Virus record (IMG/VR): IMGVR_UViG_3300010354_009789
Length of the DNA stretch: 64,000 nucleotides
Direction: 5' to 3' (one strand)
Source of the DNA: an uncultured virus (IMG/VR IMGVR_UViG_3300010354_009789)
Taxonomy: Duplodnaviria; Heunggongvirae; Uroviricota; Caudoviricetes
The notes under the pieces were generated by a model. That model searched no databases and was not told the origin of the DNA. It was given only the letters and a program-made list of their open reading frames with translations. Shown piece by piece: positions 1 through 9,598 of the stretch. Numbering within the stretch: position 1 is the stretch's first letter; every line of letters begins with the position of its first letter. Position numbers and translations under genes: made by a program.

Positions 1-112
1 GTGTCTGAACGTTAAACTGAGCAGTCTCAACCCTACGGTGCTCCACCATAAGATCCTCAGTTGCCAGCAACTTTGCCAGTTGAGATTTGATCTGCTGGTT
101 GATTACGGACAT
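1..112 (-). CDS. 5' part of conserved cyanomyovirus 'peptidase'-annotated protein (runs off window edge)
   Basis: Manual translation from ATG at 112: MSVINQQIKSQLAKLLATEDLMVEHRRVETAQFNVQT, matching the N-terminus recalled for the protein that usually follows g46 in T4-like cyanophages. Confidence 0.65.
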   Translation of the reverse strand, partial: MSVINQQIKSQLAKLLATEDLMVEHRRVETAQFNVQT

Positions 113-144
113 GGTTCGGTTCTTTGCTTACATAGTCATCATAC

Positions 145-172
145 AAAAAAACCACCCGGTGATGGGTGGTTT
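145..172 (-). terminator. Rho-independent terminator after the 632-aa gene
   Basis: ACCACCC/GGGTGGT stem followed by T-run on the minus strand. Confidence 0.7.
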
Positions 173-202
173 CAGACACTTTGCCAACTGGCACACTAGT
201 AA

Positions 203-2101
203 TCAATCATATCTAGAACTTTGCATCTCCTGAGATCTCTTAGCAGCAGCGCGGCGCAGTGCTACCTTTTGAGCAGGAGACTGTGGACCGCCATACTCAC
301 CTGCTTTGGGTGGTTTCTTACCGGGCTGCTGTTTACGCTGCCCTGCAGGGCGACCTCCGGACATATTACGGATGGATTTCTTCACGCTTTGATATGCCTT
401 ATCCTGAACACCACCCTTCTCAACTGGTTTTCCAGTCTTAAAGTCCTTTCCGGTTTCCTTCTCATAACGTGTGATCTCGTTCATAAGCTCAGACTCCCTG
501 CTCTCCTTCAGAGCAGCACTCACTTTCTCTGCGAAACTTAAATCTTCTTTAGCAAACTCACCCATAGCCTTCTGCTTACGGAGTTTCTTAGGATTCTTGG
601 TTACACCACCAGGACCTTGTGAGGGATAATCGTGGTCAGCACGAGTTCCTACACCGTGAGCATCACCTGCTCTTGCTCTTTCTCTATCGTCAGCGGTCAG
701 ACCCTTTCTTGGGGAAGCATAAGCATCTTTTCTATTAGCAGGATTGGTTCTCCTCTGCATTGCTTTAAGGAATGGCTTTCTCTTTGCAGTCATCTTGGTT
801 TTTGATGCTGCAGCATATGCCTTTGGAGTTTCTCCGTAAGATCCCTCTGCCTCGTCAAGATAAAACTCATACATATCATCCCAAGTGTAATCGGAGAGAT
901 CATATCCCTCTTCTATAAGAGAGTTTACCCAGAGTTCAAATCCCTCATTAGCAATCTCTCCCATAGCCTTCTGCTTACGGAGTTTCTTGGGGTTCTTGGT
1001 TACTGAACCAGCTCCATATGTATTTTCACCATCAAAGGCGCGTTCCGCTCTCCTTTCCGCTCTCTCATCCGCATCCATTTTACCTCTAGCACTTGAAGGT
1101 CTAGAAGATTTCTTACCGCCAGAAAGACCTCTGGAAAGTGCATCCTGTCTTCTAAAATGCTTTTCTGCCGATTTTACTTTTTTGGTTTTTTCACCTTTCT
1201 GGGAATACTCAGTTGCAGGTTTGTGTCTTCTAGCAATAGCAAGTTTGCCCATTGCTTCTTTTGCTTTGGGTGTCTGTCCGTATGAACCTTCTGCCTCATC
1301 AATATACTCTTCACTCACACCTGCATATTCCGGGCGACCTTTATTTACTTTCTTAATCCACTGTCGTCTTGCAGATCTCACTTCATCTTTATAATCAAGA
1401 CGCTTCGCACGTTCCTCTCTTTGCTTTTTAAGTTCTGGAGAAATTTCTTCAAGGATTTCCTGAATATCTTCTGCATCCAGATCGTTTGCCATCATCCATG
1501 CTGCTTCTTCCAGAGTTTCTGCATATCCTTCAACATAAAGAAACTCAAGAACTGCATCAAAGACATCAACTTCCTCTCTGTTGAGTTGCTTCTTCTCAGC
1601 GGGAGTTAGAGCACCTCTTTGTGCTCCTCTTGCTGCTTGCTTTGCCTTTACATCAGGATCATTGGACTTGTGAGCATAACCATGAAGTCCAGGATTTGAT
1701 GAAGTCGTATTGCGGAAATCACCTCTTTGCTTTCTAGCATACTCGGATCTTTGCTTCGATTTATTGGCATCACCATAGGTGGGCTTATTCTCAAGTGCGG
1801 TTGCTCTATCTGCTGCTTCACCACCTCTAGTTGACTTAGCGATCTTCTGGCGAATTGCAGTTTCATCATGACCACGCTTTGCCATCGCGGTTGCTTCTTC
1901 AATCTCAGTTTCCTCCTTCTTCACAACACCAGACATCTTCTTCATTTTTCTGACTGGCTTGTAGTCAGATGGCACGGGATCATCGGAGTATGGTGCCTTA
2001 TCATATGGATCAATCAGTCTACTGCCAAGTGCGGTAGTTTCCTTGGCCTCGTAAACTTGGCCGTATGCTTCCATTAAATTGCGGAGGTCTTGGGGGTTCA
2101 T
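203..2101 (-). CDS. Late modular hypothetical protein (alternating acidic and basic blocks, internal duplication); possible internal head protein
   Basis: 632-aa ORF preceded by TATAAATA; duplicated EAEGSYGxTPKA and VTKNPKKLRKQKAMGE blocks. Confidence 0.75.
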   Translation of the reverse strand: MNPQDLRNLMEAYGQVYEAKETTALGSRLIDPYDKAPYSDDPVPSDYKPVRKMKKMSGVVKKEETEIEEATAMAKRGHDETAIRQKIAKSTRGGEAADRATALENKPTYGDANKSKQRSEYARKQRGDFRNTTSSNPGLHGYAHKSNDPDVKAKQAARGAQRGALTPAEKKQLNREEVDVFDAVLEFLYVEGYAETLEEAAWMMANDLDAEDIQEILEEISPELKKQREERAKRLDYKDEVRSARRQWIKKVNKGRPEYAGVSEEYIDEAEGSYGQTPKAKEAMGKLAIARRHKPATEYSQKGEKTKKVKSAEKHFRRQDALSRGLSGGKKSSRPSSARGKMDADERAERRAERAFDGENTYGAGSVTKNPKKLRKQKAMGEIANEGFELWVNSLIEEGYDLSDYTWDDMYEFYLDEAEGSYGETPKAYAAASKTKMTAKRKPFLKAMQRRTNPANRKDAYASPRKGLTADDRERARAGDAHGVGTRADHDYPSQGPGGVTKNPKKLRKQKAMGEFAKEDLSFAEKVSAALKESRESELMNEITRYEKETGKDFKTGKPVEKGGVQDKAYQSVKKSIRNMSGGRPAGQRKQQPGKKPPKAGEYGGPQSPAQKVALRRAAAKRSQEMQSSRYD

Positions 2102-2127
2102 GGTATGACTTTTTTAAATATTTCCGT

Positions 2128-2271
2128 TTAGTTATTTATACTAAAAAGCACCCGAGGGTGCTTTTTCTTAAATGCCTTTAGTCTAGCCTTTGCTTGCCTA
2201 AGTGCCTGTGGTTTTAATTTTCTCTTCTGCTCTTTCTTACTGTGATGTTGCCAGTTTGGTGTATTTGCCAT
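2128..2271 (-). CDS. Small basic hypothetical protein (47 aa)
   Basis: Manual translation MANTPNWQHHSKKEQKRKLKPQALRQAKARLKAFKKKHPRVLFSINN; below ORF-track cutoff; fills gap after g46. Confidence 0.6.
   Translation of the reverse strand: MANTPNWQHHSKKEQKRKLKPQALRQAKARLKAFKKKHPRVLFSINN
2133..2140 (-). promoter_or_regulatory. T4-type late promoter TATAAATA
   Basis: Exact gp55-sigma consensus about 30 nt upstream of ATG at 2101. Confidence 0.8.
2143..2166. terminator. Bidirectional-looking intrinsic terminator
   Basis: AAAAAGCACC-CGAG-GGTGCTTTTT inverted repeat with A/T tracts on both sides. Confidence 0.65.
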
Positions 2272-2338
2272 GATAGTTTGGATCCTAGTTTTAGTGTATC
2301 TACTAAAAGGAACCTGAAGGTGTCAGACGTGCCACTTC

Positions 2339-4048
2339 TTAAACTGGACTACTAAATCCCTTCACTTTGTCAAACTTAATCAACTTATTGAATTTATCTT
2401 CAAGACCACTCTTATGAGAAATCACAAAGATGTTCGCATCTTTCACAACGAATCGAATAATTCTCAAAAACTCCTCTGTGCCAAATCCATCCAAAGAACT
2501 GTCAAAGACTTCATCCATGATTAAAAGATTGGTATTTACAGAGTTCTTGAACTTAGCAACTTCCCTCCAGGTAAAGAGAAGTGCTAGATCAATTCGCATC
2601 TTCTCACCCTCACTAAATGAGGCATATGAAAAATCTTCATGAATTGGTGATTGGACAGTCTCATTAAACTCATCATCAAGAGTAAAGTTGATATAAAAGT
2701 CCATCATCCTAAGATAACGGTTTACTTGCTGATTAATAAGCGGTAAGTATTTCTTGATGATTTTGGATTTAACTCCACTGTCCTTTAACAGATTGTATAT
2801 AAATTCGTGATTATTGATCTGGGTTTTTTTATCTACTAAATTGTCATATGTATTTGATAGGTCTTCTTGGAATTTTTCTAGCTTCTCATGCTCAGAATTT
2901 CTGTTCGCAAGTTGTGTGGTAAGTGCTTGAATCTCTGATTCAAGATCTCCGATTTGTCGCTGCAATCCAGAAATCTTAATATTGTTTTGAGAAATTCCAT
3001 GTGTTAACTTAGTAACCTCTTTTGAAACGGCGACGAAATGACACTCTCGATCCTCCTCCTCTTTTATTGCACGTTCAAGTTCTAAAAACCCAGTCTGCAA
3101 CTCCTTTGCTTTAATTTGAGTGTCTTCAATTCTATTTAACCGAAACGATTCTTCTATATTCTGAGTGCATGTGGGGCAAACCGTATTCTGACTGAAAAAT
3201 TTATGCTCTTCAGTTACAGTTGCCACTTTCTGAGAGATTTTGCCTTTGAGAGCACCAAGTTTTTTTAACTTATCTTTAGAACCCTTAACATTATCAAGTT
3301 CGGATGTAAGATTTTCTACTTCCTTTGCAATATCTTCATTCTCATTAATATAACCACCAATTTCATCATTTAAATTGACAATCTTTTCTTTATGGGCATT
3401 TATATTGGCATTCCCCCGACTCTCAATCTCCTCCATAAAGTTTTTCTGCATTTGAAGACGGTCGCTCAGTGATTCTTTCTTCAATTCCAGAGTTCTTACT
3501 TCTTCACGACATTCACGAATTCTATCCTTAACGATAGAGTTCATGGAGGAAAAAATCTTAATGTCAAGAAGATCCTCAATCACCTCTCTACGATTGGCAG
3601 CAGAGAGTTGCATGAATGGAACAAAATTACTAGACCCAAGAATGACAATCTGAGTAAAGGATTTATAGTTCATCTTCAAAACATTCTGCTCTAACCATCT
3701 CTGTTGGTCCAGAGCAGCAGAAGATTGATCTAGCGCAGATCCATTTCTGTAAATCTCAAAAATATTTGGTTTGATTCCCCTCACAATCTTCCAGGAGATT
3801 TCGCCAATACAAAATTCAACTTCAACTCTACAATCTCTCTCATTCACAGAATTGACGAGTTGTGGTTTATTGATACGGCGAAATGGTTTCCCAAATAAGG
3901 AAAACGTTAGGGCATCAAGAATTGTAGACTTTCCAGCACCATTGTTCCCCACGATCAAAGTTGTGGAGTCTTTGTTTAGGGCAATTTCTGTGTATTGATT
4001 GCCGGTCGAAAGGAAATTGCGCCAGCGAATTTTTTCAAATACAATCAT
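2339..4048 (-). CDS. g46: Recombination endonuclease subunit, SbcC/Rad50-like ATPase
   Basis: Walker A GNNGAGKST, CPTC zinc hook, coiled coil, FSEGEK signature, LLIMDE Walker B. Confidence 0.96.
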   Translation of the reverse strand: MIVFEKIRWRNFLSTGNQYTEIALNKDSTTLIVGNNGAGKSTILDALTFSLFGKPFRRINKPQLVNSVNERDCRVEVEFCIGEISWKIVRGIKPNIFEIYRNGSALDQSSAALDQQRWLEQNVLKMNYKSFTQIVILGSSNFVPFMQLSAANRREVIEDLLDIKIFSSMNSIVKDRIRECREEVRTLELKKESLSDRLQMQKNFMEEIESRGNANINAHKEKIVNLNDEIGGYINENEDIAKEVENLTSELDNVKGSKDKLKKLGALKGKISQKVATVTEEHKFFSQNTVCPTCTQNIEESFRLNRIEDTQIKAKELQTGFLELERAIKEEEDRECHFVAVSKEVTKLTHGISQNNIKISGLQRQIGDLESEIQALTTQLANRNSEHEKLEKFQEDLSNTYDNLVDKKTQINNHEFIYNLLKDSGVKSKIIKKYLPLINQQVNRYLRMMDFYINFTLDDEFNETVQSPIHEDFSYASFSEGEKMRIDLALLFTWREVAKFKNSVNTNLLIMDEVFDSSLDGFGTEEFLRIIRFVVKDANIFVISHKSGLEDKFNKLIKFDKVKGFSSPV

Positions 4049-4058
4049 CGATCATCAA

Positions 4059-4349
4059 TCAAATTATTTCAAATAGTTGATCCTCTGGGGGAAATACAAT
4101 ATCATCTTTTGTGATGATTGCATATTTATATCCACCAACCTCACATGTTTGGACAATTAGATCATCGTCCAACTCGATTATATGCATCTCTGGATATCCA
4201 CTCTCTTCAAGAAGCAGGGCATATCTAACAGCATCATCTTCCTCCTCAAAGACATACAATACCATATCCCCATCAGGTGATTTTGAGGCATATACACCAT
4301 CTTTTTCGGAACCATAAACTGTTAAAATATACATCAGATCATTTCGCAA
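4059..4349 (-). CDS. Conserved cyanophage hypothetical protein between g47 and g46
   Basis: 96-aa ORF (start may be ATG at 4334); FEEEDDAVRYA motif; synteny. Confidence 0.75.
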   Translation of the reverse strand: MRNDLMYILTVYGSEKDGVYASKSPDGDMVLYVFEEEDDAVRYALLLEESGYPEMHIIELDDDLIVQTCEVGGYKYAIITKDDIVFPPEDQLFEII

Positions 4350-5374
4350 GCTTCCCGATAAATGTCATTAATTATTTTCTGAATTTCATAAGTGTCAAGT
4401 TGAGTTTCAGACTCATTTATATATCTATTCAAAATAGAAAGTGTGTCTTCTGACTCAATCGCCTCAAAATCATCATTCTCCTGAATTTGGAAGTTTTCAA
4501 CAATTTTTAATTCATGAACATTTGACTTAAAAATCTTATCAATAAACTTTTCAAAATTTTTGGGATTTGTTTTCTTTCGGACGATTACCTTGACGATTTT
4601 ATTTTCATACTCCCGAGTATCAAAGGTTTGATGTGGAGTATCTTCGTAGTAGATGTTATAAAACATCCGATACGGATTATTAATTGGAGTATGCTCAAGA
4701 GTCTCTGTATCTAAAATATGAAACCCACGGGAATCTTTTACATCATTCCAAAACATCTCATATGGATTACCAAGATAATAAATCGGATCTACGGATGATC
4801 TAGTGTGATAGTGGCCAGAGAAGACCTTGGAGAACGTCTTAAATAATTCGCTTCCCAGACCCTCTTCCATGACGTGTCCACGACTAGCTGCAAATCCCCT
4901 GAGTTCAAGGTGCCCCATCGCACACTTGCAAGTTGAACTTTTAATAAGTTTAAGAGTTTTTTCCTCATTTTCTTGATTGATCCATGGAATAAAGAGAACA
5001 TTTAGATTCCCAAGTTTAACCTCTTGAGGATCTGCATAGATCTTCACATTATCATACTCACGAAGAAGAAGATCTACAGCATTTACCGAATTTGTATTCT
5101 TGTAATATGTCGTATGATTTCCAACGATTGTATGGACAACACACCCCATATCCCTGAGACGATCATAATAATTAACTTTCGCCCAGGAAAGTGCAGAAAA
5201 ATCAATTCCCTTGCGACTATCAAATGTATCTCCCATATCAACGATTGTTGTGATTCCCTCATTCTCTAAGAATGGAAAGAATACCTCATCATAAAACTTC
5301 AAAAAATAATCATGAAAAACTTTTGAGTTTTTTCTTGCACCAAAATGCTGATCAGTAATAATTGCAACGCGCAT
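4334..5374 (-). CDS. g47: Recombination endonuclease subunit, SbcD/Mre11-like nuclease
   Basis: Metallophosphoesterase motifs DQHFG, GDTFD, GNH, GHYH. Confidence 0.96.
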   Translation of the reverse strand: MRVAIITDQHFGARKNSKVFHDYFLKFYDEVFFPFLENEGITTIVDMGDTFDSRKGIDFSALSWAKVNYYDRLRDMGCVVHTIVGNHTTYYKNTNSVNAVDLLLREYDNVKIYADPQEVKLGNLNVLFIPWINQENEEKTLKLIKSSTCKCAMGHLELRGFAASRGHVMEEGLGSELFKTFSKVFSGHYHTRSSVDPIYYLGNPYEMFWNDVKDSRGFHILDTETLEHTPINNPYRMFYNIYYEDTPHQTFDTREYENKIVKVIVRKKTNPKNFEKFIDKIFKSNVHELKIVENFQIQENDDFEAIESEDTLSILNRYINESETQLDTYEIQKIINDIYREACEMI

Positions 5375-5383
5375 GATATTTTC

Positions 5384-5827
5384 TCAAGAATTGTGCTTAC
5401 TCCTCAAATCCTCAACCAATCTCTCATATTGAGTGTCATGCGTTGGGGCCAAACGTGTAATCGGAACATAATCATTTGGAGCCGGATCATGATGCCTGAT
5501 CAATGCATTCACAACGGAAGCTGGTTTCCCAGATACATTAATAGATCCATGAACAACTCTAGGGGGAATTGTGACCATTACGGGAGATTCTTCACTCATC
5601 GTAACATATTTGACCTCAAATTGATCAAGATAAAATAAGTATGAGATGCCCTCTACGGGGATTAACTGATCTGTTTGATTTTCATGACAGAACATTTCAA
5701 ATGGATTATTATTTTCAATCCTGACTAGAAATGTTTCTGTGCTTTTAAAGGATGTATAAAATTTACATCCCTTTGTACTAACATAGTTAATTGGAGAAAT
5801 CGTAACAGTTTCTCTCATATAGATCAA
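5384..5827 (-). CDS. RmlC-like cupin protein (cyanobacterial-type)
   Basis: HxxQTDQL...G and IPPRVVHG cupin motifs. Confidence 0.65.
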   Translation of the reverse strand: MIYMRETVTISPINYVSTKGCKFYTSFKSTETFLVRIENNNPFEMFCHENQTDQLIPVEGISYLFYLDQFEVKYVTMSEESPVMVTIPPRVVHGSINVSGKPASVVNALIRHHDPAPNDYVPITRLAPTHDTQYERLVEDLRSKHNS

Positions 5828-6330
5828 TACCTCTGCTTCGTATAGACAGAATCTTTAATACTATTATAGTCGCTGTAGTTCATTCCGTCAACTACCCCAT
5901 CATCCACAAACACCTCATCAAATCCAGTCTTTTCAAGAATCTTGTTCTTGATTTCCAACTGACGCTTTTCCTTTTGAATTCTGCGTAGAAATGCGTAGTG
6001 AATAATTTGTGTGAAGTATGCAAAGGGATTCTGTGACTTTGCTGGATCAAAATTATGGATGTATTGAATACAATTCTCAATACCATCTGAAATCATATCC
6101 TCTTTGAACATATAGTTCACAAAGTTTGGTTTGAATGACAGATGAGTTGCAATCTTGAGAAAGCATTCTCCAATATAATTAGAAATCTTGGGTTTTTCTA
6201 AACCACGTATCTTAGCAATTTCACAATTTTCTCTATACTCAATCAAGGCAGCTAGAAAATCCTTATTCTTTACATAATGCTCAGATCTCTTTTTTCTTAT
6301 CATTACATTAGTTGTGATCATACGATACAT
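5824..6330 (-). CDS. g55: Late-transcription sigma factor
   Basis: HYVKNKDF, YIGECFLKIA, DMISDGIENC, NPFAYFTQI motifs. Confidence 0.96.
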   Translation of the reverse strand: MYRMITTNVMIRKKRSEHYVKNKDFLAALIEYRENCEIAKIRGLEKPKISNYIGECFLKIATHLSFKPNFVNYMFKEDMISDGIENCIQYIHNFDPAKSQNPFAYFTQIIHYAFLRRIQKEKRQLEIKNKILEKTGFDEVFVDDGVVDGMNYSDYNSIKDSVYTKQRY

Positions 6331-6344
6331 TCAAACTATGTATC

Positions 6345-6373
6345 ATTATAGGATACTCAACACAATTAGACAA
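6345..6373 (-). promoter_or_regulatory. sigma70-type promoter for g55 (TTGTCT-N17-TATAAT)
   Basis: Perfect -10 box, 17-nt spacer, directly upstream of g55. Confidence 0.7.
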
Positions 6374-6377
6374 GGGC

Positions 6378-6406
6378 TTGACATGGTGCGAAATCAGTAG
6401 TAGACT
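6378..6406 (+). promoter_or_regulatory. sigma70-type promoter on the + strand (TTGACA-N17-TAGACT), antisense to the upstream operon
   Basis: Perfect -35, 17-nt spacer, TAnnnT -10; no + strand gene downstream. Confidence 0.55.
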
Positions 6407-6451
6407 ACCTTTGTTAGGGTTGAAGGATGAGATATAGCTTCTTTAAAGAGA

Positions 6452-6853
6452 TTAGAGATTAAAGAGATTTTCTAGGAGTTCTTTCGCTTCTGAGATACTA
6501 GCGATATATCCTTGTTCCTTAGTCAACGTTGTTTGATTAGGATTCTTTCCATTTAAACTATATTGACGTGTATACTGATGATAGATCTTGATCATTTCAA
6601 GATCTGTTGTTTCACACATCGTAAGAATATCTTCTTTATCAATTACAAGCATATCATTGGTAGTGGTCTTTAGCCAAGGTTCAACCTTGTATCCACATCC
6701 GGTTCTACTTTTAAATTCAGTAATCACAATTGGGCAATGAAGCATGATTAAGGATCGATCATCCTCATCAATAACAGCTGCCTTACAGAATATTTCTTCA
6801 CCATTCTTTAGTTTAATGGTTGCATAAAAATCGTCTTCTAGTCCCATATTCAT
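6452..6853 (-). CDS. Conserved hypothetical protein (Sm-like fold suspected) downstream of uvsW
   Basis: YATIKLKNGEEI and KVEPWL motifs; synteny uvsW-ORF-g55. Confidence 0.75.
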   Translation of the reverse strand: MNMGLEDDFYATIKLKNGEEIFCKAAVIDEDDRSLIMLHCPIVITEFKSRTGCGYKVEPWLKTTTNDMLVIDKEDILTMCETTDLEMIKIYHQYTRQYSLNGKNPNQTTLTKEQGYIASISEAKELLENLFNL

Positions 6854-8310
6854 TTTAAATTAACGTTGATTATGTCATAATTAAATTTCTCTTCGTTATA
6901 GATCTTGATTCTTTCTATCAAGTGATTTAGAGTGAAATTTCTCTTTGACTTATATGTACAATCATCGGAGATATCGTAAAGTATCGCCTTTGACTTGGTT
7001 TTAGATTTTCTAAGAACTCTTCCAATACTCTGAAGATTTCTAATCCTAGACTTGGAAGGAGAAGCAAAGATTACATTGTGCAAATTACGAATATTGATTC
7101 CAGTGCTAAATGTTCCGTAAGATGCAATGATGATTGCATTTTCCTGCCTTTCAGTAATCTCTCTAACTAATTCTCTTTCTTCTGCGTCTACTCCACCATG
7201 AACAAAAAATACTTTTCTGTCTGGATGCTTATTGCTATTTATAATGTCAAAAAGGACTTGACCATGAGATTCAACTCTGCTATAAAGAACAAGAGTATTT
7301 CCTTTCAGGTCTAAGGTTAAATTACATATGAACTTATTTCTTTTATCATGAGAGATGAGATATTGAATTTCATCCTCATAAGTATCAAACTTTTTTGGAG
7401 TATGATTCAATACAATACACTTGATGTCCAATTGGGAAAGATGTCCCTGTTCCATCAACTCAGAAGTCCTTGTGACTTTATATGATGGACCAAACAATCC
7501 TTCCAAAACCCATTTATGTGTCTGTGTTCCGTCTAACGTTCCAGTAAATCCAAATCTATATTTTGCATGATGAAGTTTAGTCATGATGTCAATCAATGAC
7601 TTGCTCTTAAACAAGTGTGCTTCATCACCAATAACTACATTATAATCCTCAAAGAAAGAACGTTCCAGTTTATAAATTGATTGCCATGTAGTAATCGTAA
7701 CTGAATGTTCGTTAGTTTTTTCTCTTCCAGAATAGATCTTGTGGCAATATGACTCAGCATTCCAACCATAATCTTCAAAGTCCTTATACATCTGCTCTAC
7801 AAGAGATGTCGTTGGAACAACTAGAAGAATTTTTTGCCCTTTATCCACATAGTATCGCACAAGCGAATAAATCATCAGAGATTTGCCTGATGCAGTGGGA
7901 CTTATCAGTAATTTTCTATTATACTTTAGAGCATCATATACTCCATCAATTTGATATTCCCTAGGTGCATGTGAACAGATGGATTGCATATATCCACGAA
8001 CACCATCCCTAGTGATGGTTTCATTACTTTCAAATGGATTTCCGTAGAACTTATTGTCCTTGAATTTATATGTGTATCCATATTGATGGCAGAATTCTAC
8101 CAACTTGTCCAAGAGACCAACGTAGATCTGCTTGTTTCTTAGGTCGAATAGATGTATCTCACCATTCCAATTTCTACGTCTGTATTGGGGCATAAACTTT
8201 GCCCCCTCTACCTCAAACGTAAAATGGTCCCTTAATTCGTATTCGACATGAGGCTCTGTTTCTACCCTCAGAAAGACCTCATTTGCCTTTCCAATTATTA
8301 ATTCTGACAT
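6850..8310 (-). CDS. uvsW: RNA-DNA/DNA-DNA helicase UvsW
   Basis: SF2 motifs SPTASGKS, DEAH, TGT, QSIGRVLR. Confidence 0.96.
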   Translation of the reverse strand: MSELIIGKANEVFLRVETEPHVEYELRDHFTFEVEGAKFMPQYRRRNWNGEIHLFDLRNKQIYVGLLDKLVEFCHQYGYTYKFKDNKFYGNPFESNETITRDGVRGYMQSICSHAPREYQIDGVYDALKYNRKLLISPTASGKSLMIYSLVRYYVDKGQKILLVVPTTSLVEQMYKDFEDYGWNAESYCHKIYSGREKTNEHSVTITTWQSIYKLERSFFEDYNVVIGDEAHLFKSKSLIDIMTKLHHAKYRFGFTGTLDGTQTHKWVLEGLFGPSYKVTRTSELMEQGHLSQLDIKCIVLNHTPKKFDTYEDEIQYLISHDKRNKFICNLTLDLKGNTLVLYSRVESHGQVLFDIINSNKHPDRKVFFVHGGVDAEERELVREITERQENAIIIASYGTFSTGINIRNLHNVIFASPSKSRIRNLQSIGRVLRKSKTKSKAILYDISDDCTYKSKRNFTLNHLIERIKIYNEEKFNYDIINVNLK

Positions 8311-8369
8311 ACTACCTCAACCAAGATGATCTGTATCGAATGGATACTCATCTTTTCACTTACAAGTAT

Positions 8370-8564
8370 TTATTCCATACAATTAAACTTAAAATCTAGA
8401 ATGGGGCGATATAGCTTACTCTTTAAATCATTTAAATGCTGCTGCTCAAATGGATGTCTAGAAGGATATCCTTCCCAACTTTCAATTCTTCTGCATACGC
8501 AGTCGTATAAAAGATGAATATCTTCTATAGAAAGATTTAATACTACTGGATTGTCATCTTCCAT
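8370..8564 (-). CDS. Hypothetical protein
   Basis: 64-aa ORF translationally coupled to uvsY stop. Confidence 0.7.
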   Translation of the reverse strand: MEDDNPVVLNLSIEDIHLLYDCVCRRIESWEGYPSRHPFEQQHLNDLKSKLYRPILDFKFNCME

Positions 8565-9007
8565 TATCCTAAACCTGCTGAGAATCGAATGAATTCGATT
8601 GCGTTTTTGATCTGATATGTTCTATTTTGAATCACCTTTAAAATACTCTCCAGATAATTCAAAATAGTGTCATAATACTCCACCTTGAGCGCAATATCAG
8701 AAAGTTTAGTGTCTGCATCCAAGTATTTTTGTAAAGTATCTTTGTCACGAATCTTCTTTGGAAATGGATTGTCCTCATAAACATCAGGATCTGCCTTTCC
8801 GGAATAGTATTCGTAACGTTCGTGCCTTATATTTCTCCTCTGCTGCTCTGCCTTCTTTCTCAGAAGAATTATCGTATTATATAATTCAAAATATTTTGCA
8901 TGAAGAACAGGAATGTTTAACGATTCTGTGTGCAAATTATCGATGTCAATGTGGGCATCCTTCTCCCACATTTGTTGAATTGTCTCAAGATTGATCTGGT
9001 TGTGCAT
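8564..9007 (-). CDS. uvsY: Recombination mediator UvsY
   Basis: IPxLHAKY, YYSGKA, RTYQIKNAIE motifs; synteny. Confidence 0.92.
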   Translation of the reverse strand: MHNQINLETIQQMWEKDAHIDIDNLHTESLNIPVLHAKYFELYNTIILLRKKAEQQRRNIRHERYEYYSGKADPDVYEDNPFPKKIRDKDTLQKYLDADTKLSDIALKVEYYDTILNYLESILKVIQNRTYQIKNAIEFIRFSAGLG

Positions 9008-9575
9008 AATGTAATGGTTCGCCTCCCAAAGTAACTATGTCGTAGATAGTATACTTAAATGATACCTCAGCGGTAAGATACTCCAAATCTGGATCTGTTG
9101 CATTAAAATCCAACTGACTCAGATATGTTGGCCAAAGATCCCTGAAAACGACTTTGAATGATGGATTATTGGCGCTCGTAAGAATATTTAGCGTGCCATC
9201 ACAGAAGAGGTTTAGGAGTGATGGGTGATGGACAACATCCAATCCGGGATTGGTAAATTGGCGATCATAGATGTCCATGAGACTATCTGGATATCCACAA
9301 CCACGTATCCAATGATGAATTTCCATGTAGTTTTCTAGATTTTCATCAACTAGAAATCTGACACGAAAATCATCAAATTGAACCTTATCCCCAGGAACAT
9401 CGATGTCTTTTAGTCCGGTTGGTTGTATAGCTGCACCAAGACTAATTCCCGGTATTTGTGCACCATTTCCAAAGAAAGCAACTTTTGGAGCTCTGTTTAG
9501 AATTAGTTGAAATCCAACATTTGAAAGAAAATTTCTGTTGGTAATTTGGTTTTTTAAACCGTTGCTTATTGCCAT
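8985..9575 (-). CDS. g3: Tail completion / sheath stabiliser protein
   Basis: NRNFLS, IPGISLG, FLVDENLENY, A.VSFKY motifs; late promoter ATAAATA at 9596-9602. Confidence 0.9.
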   Translation of the reverse strand: MAISNGLKNQITNRNFLSNVGFQLILNRAPKVAFFGNGAQIPGISLGAAIQPTGLKDIDVPGDKVQFDDFRVRFLVDENLENYMEIHHWIRGCGYPDSLMDIYDRQFTNPGLDVVHHPSLLNLFCDGTLNILTSANNPSFKVVFRDLWPTYLSQLDFNATDPDLEYLTAEVSFKYTIYDIVTLGGEPLHYAQPDQS

Positions 9576-9598
9576 TTCAAATTAACATTTTTATCTAT

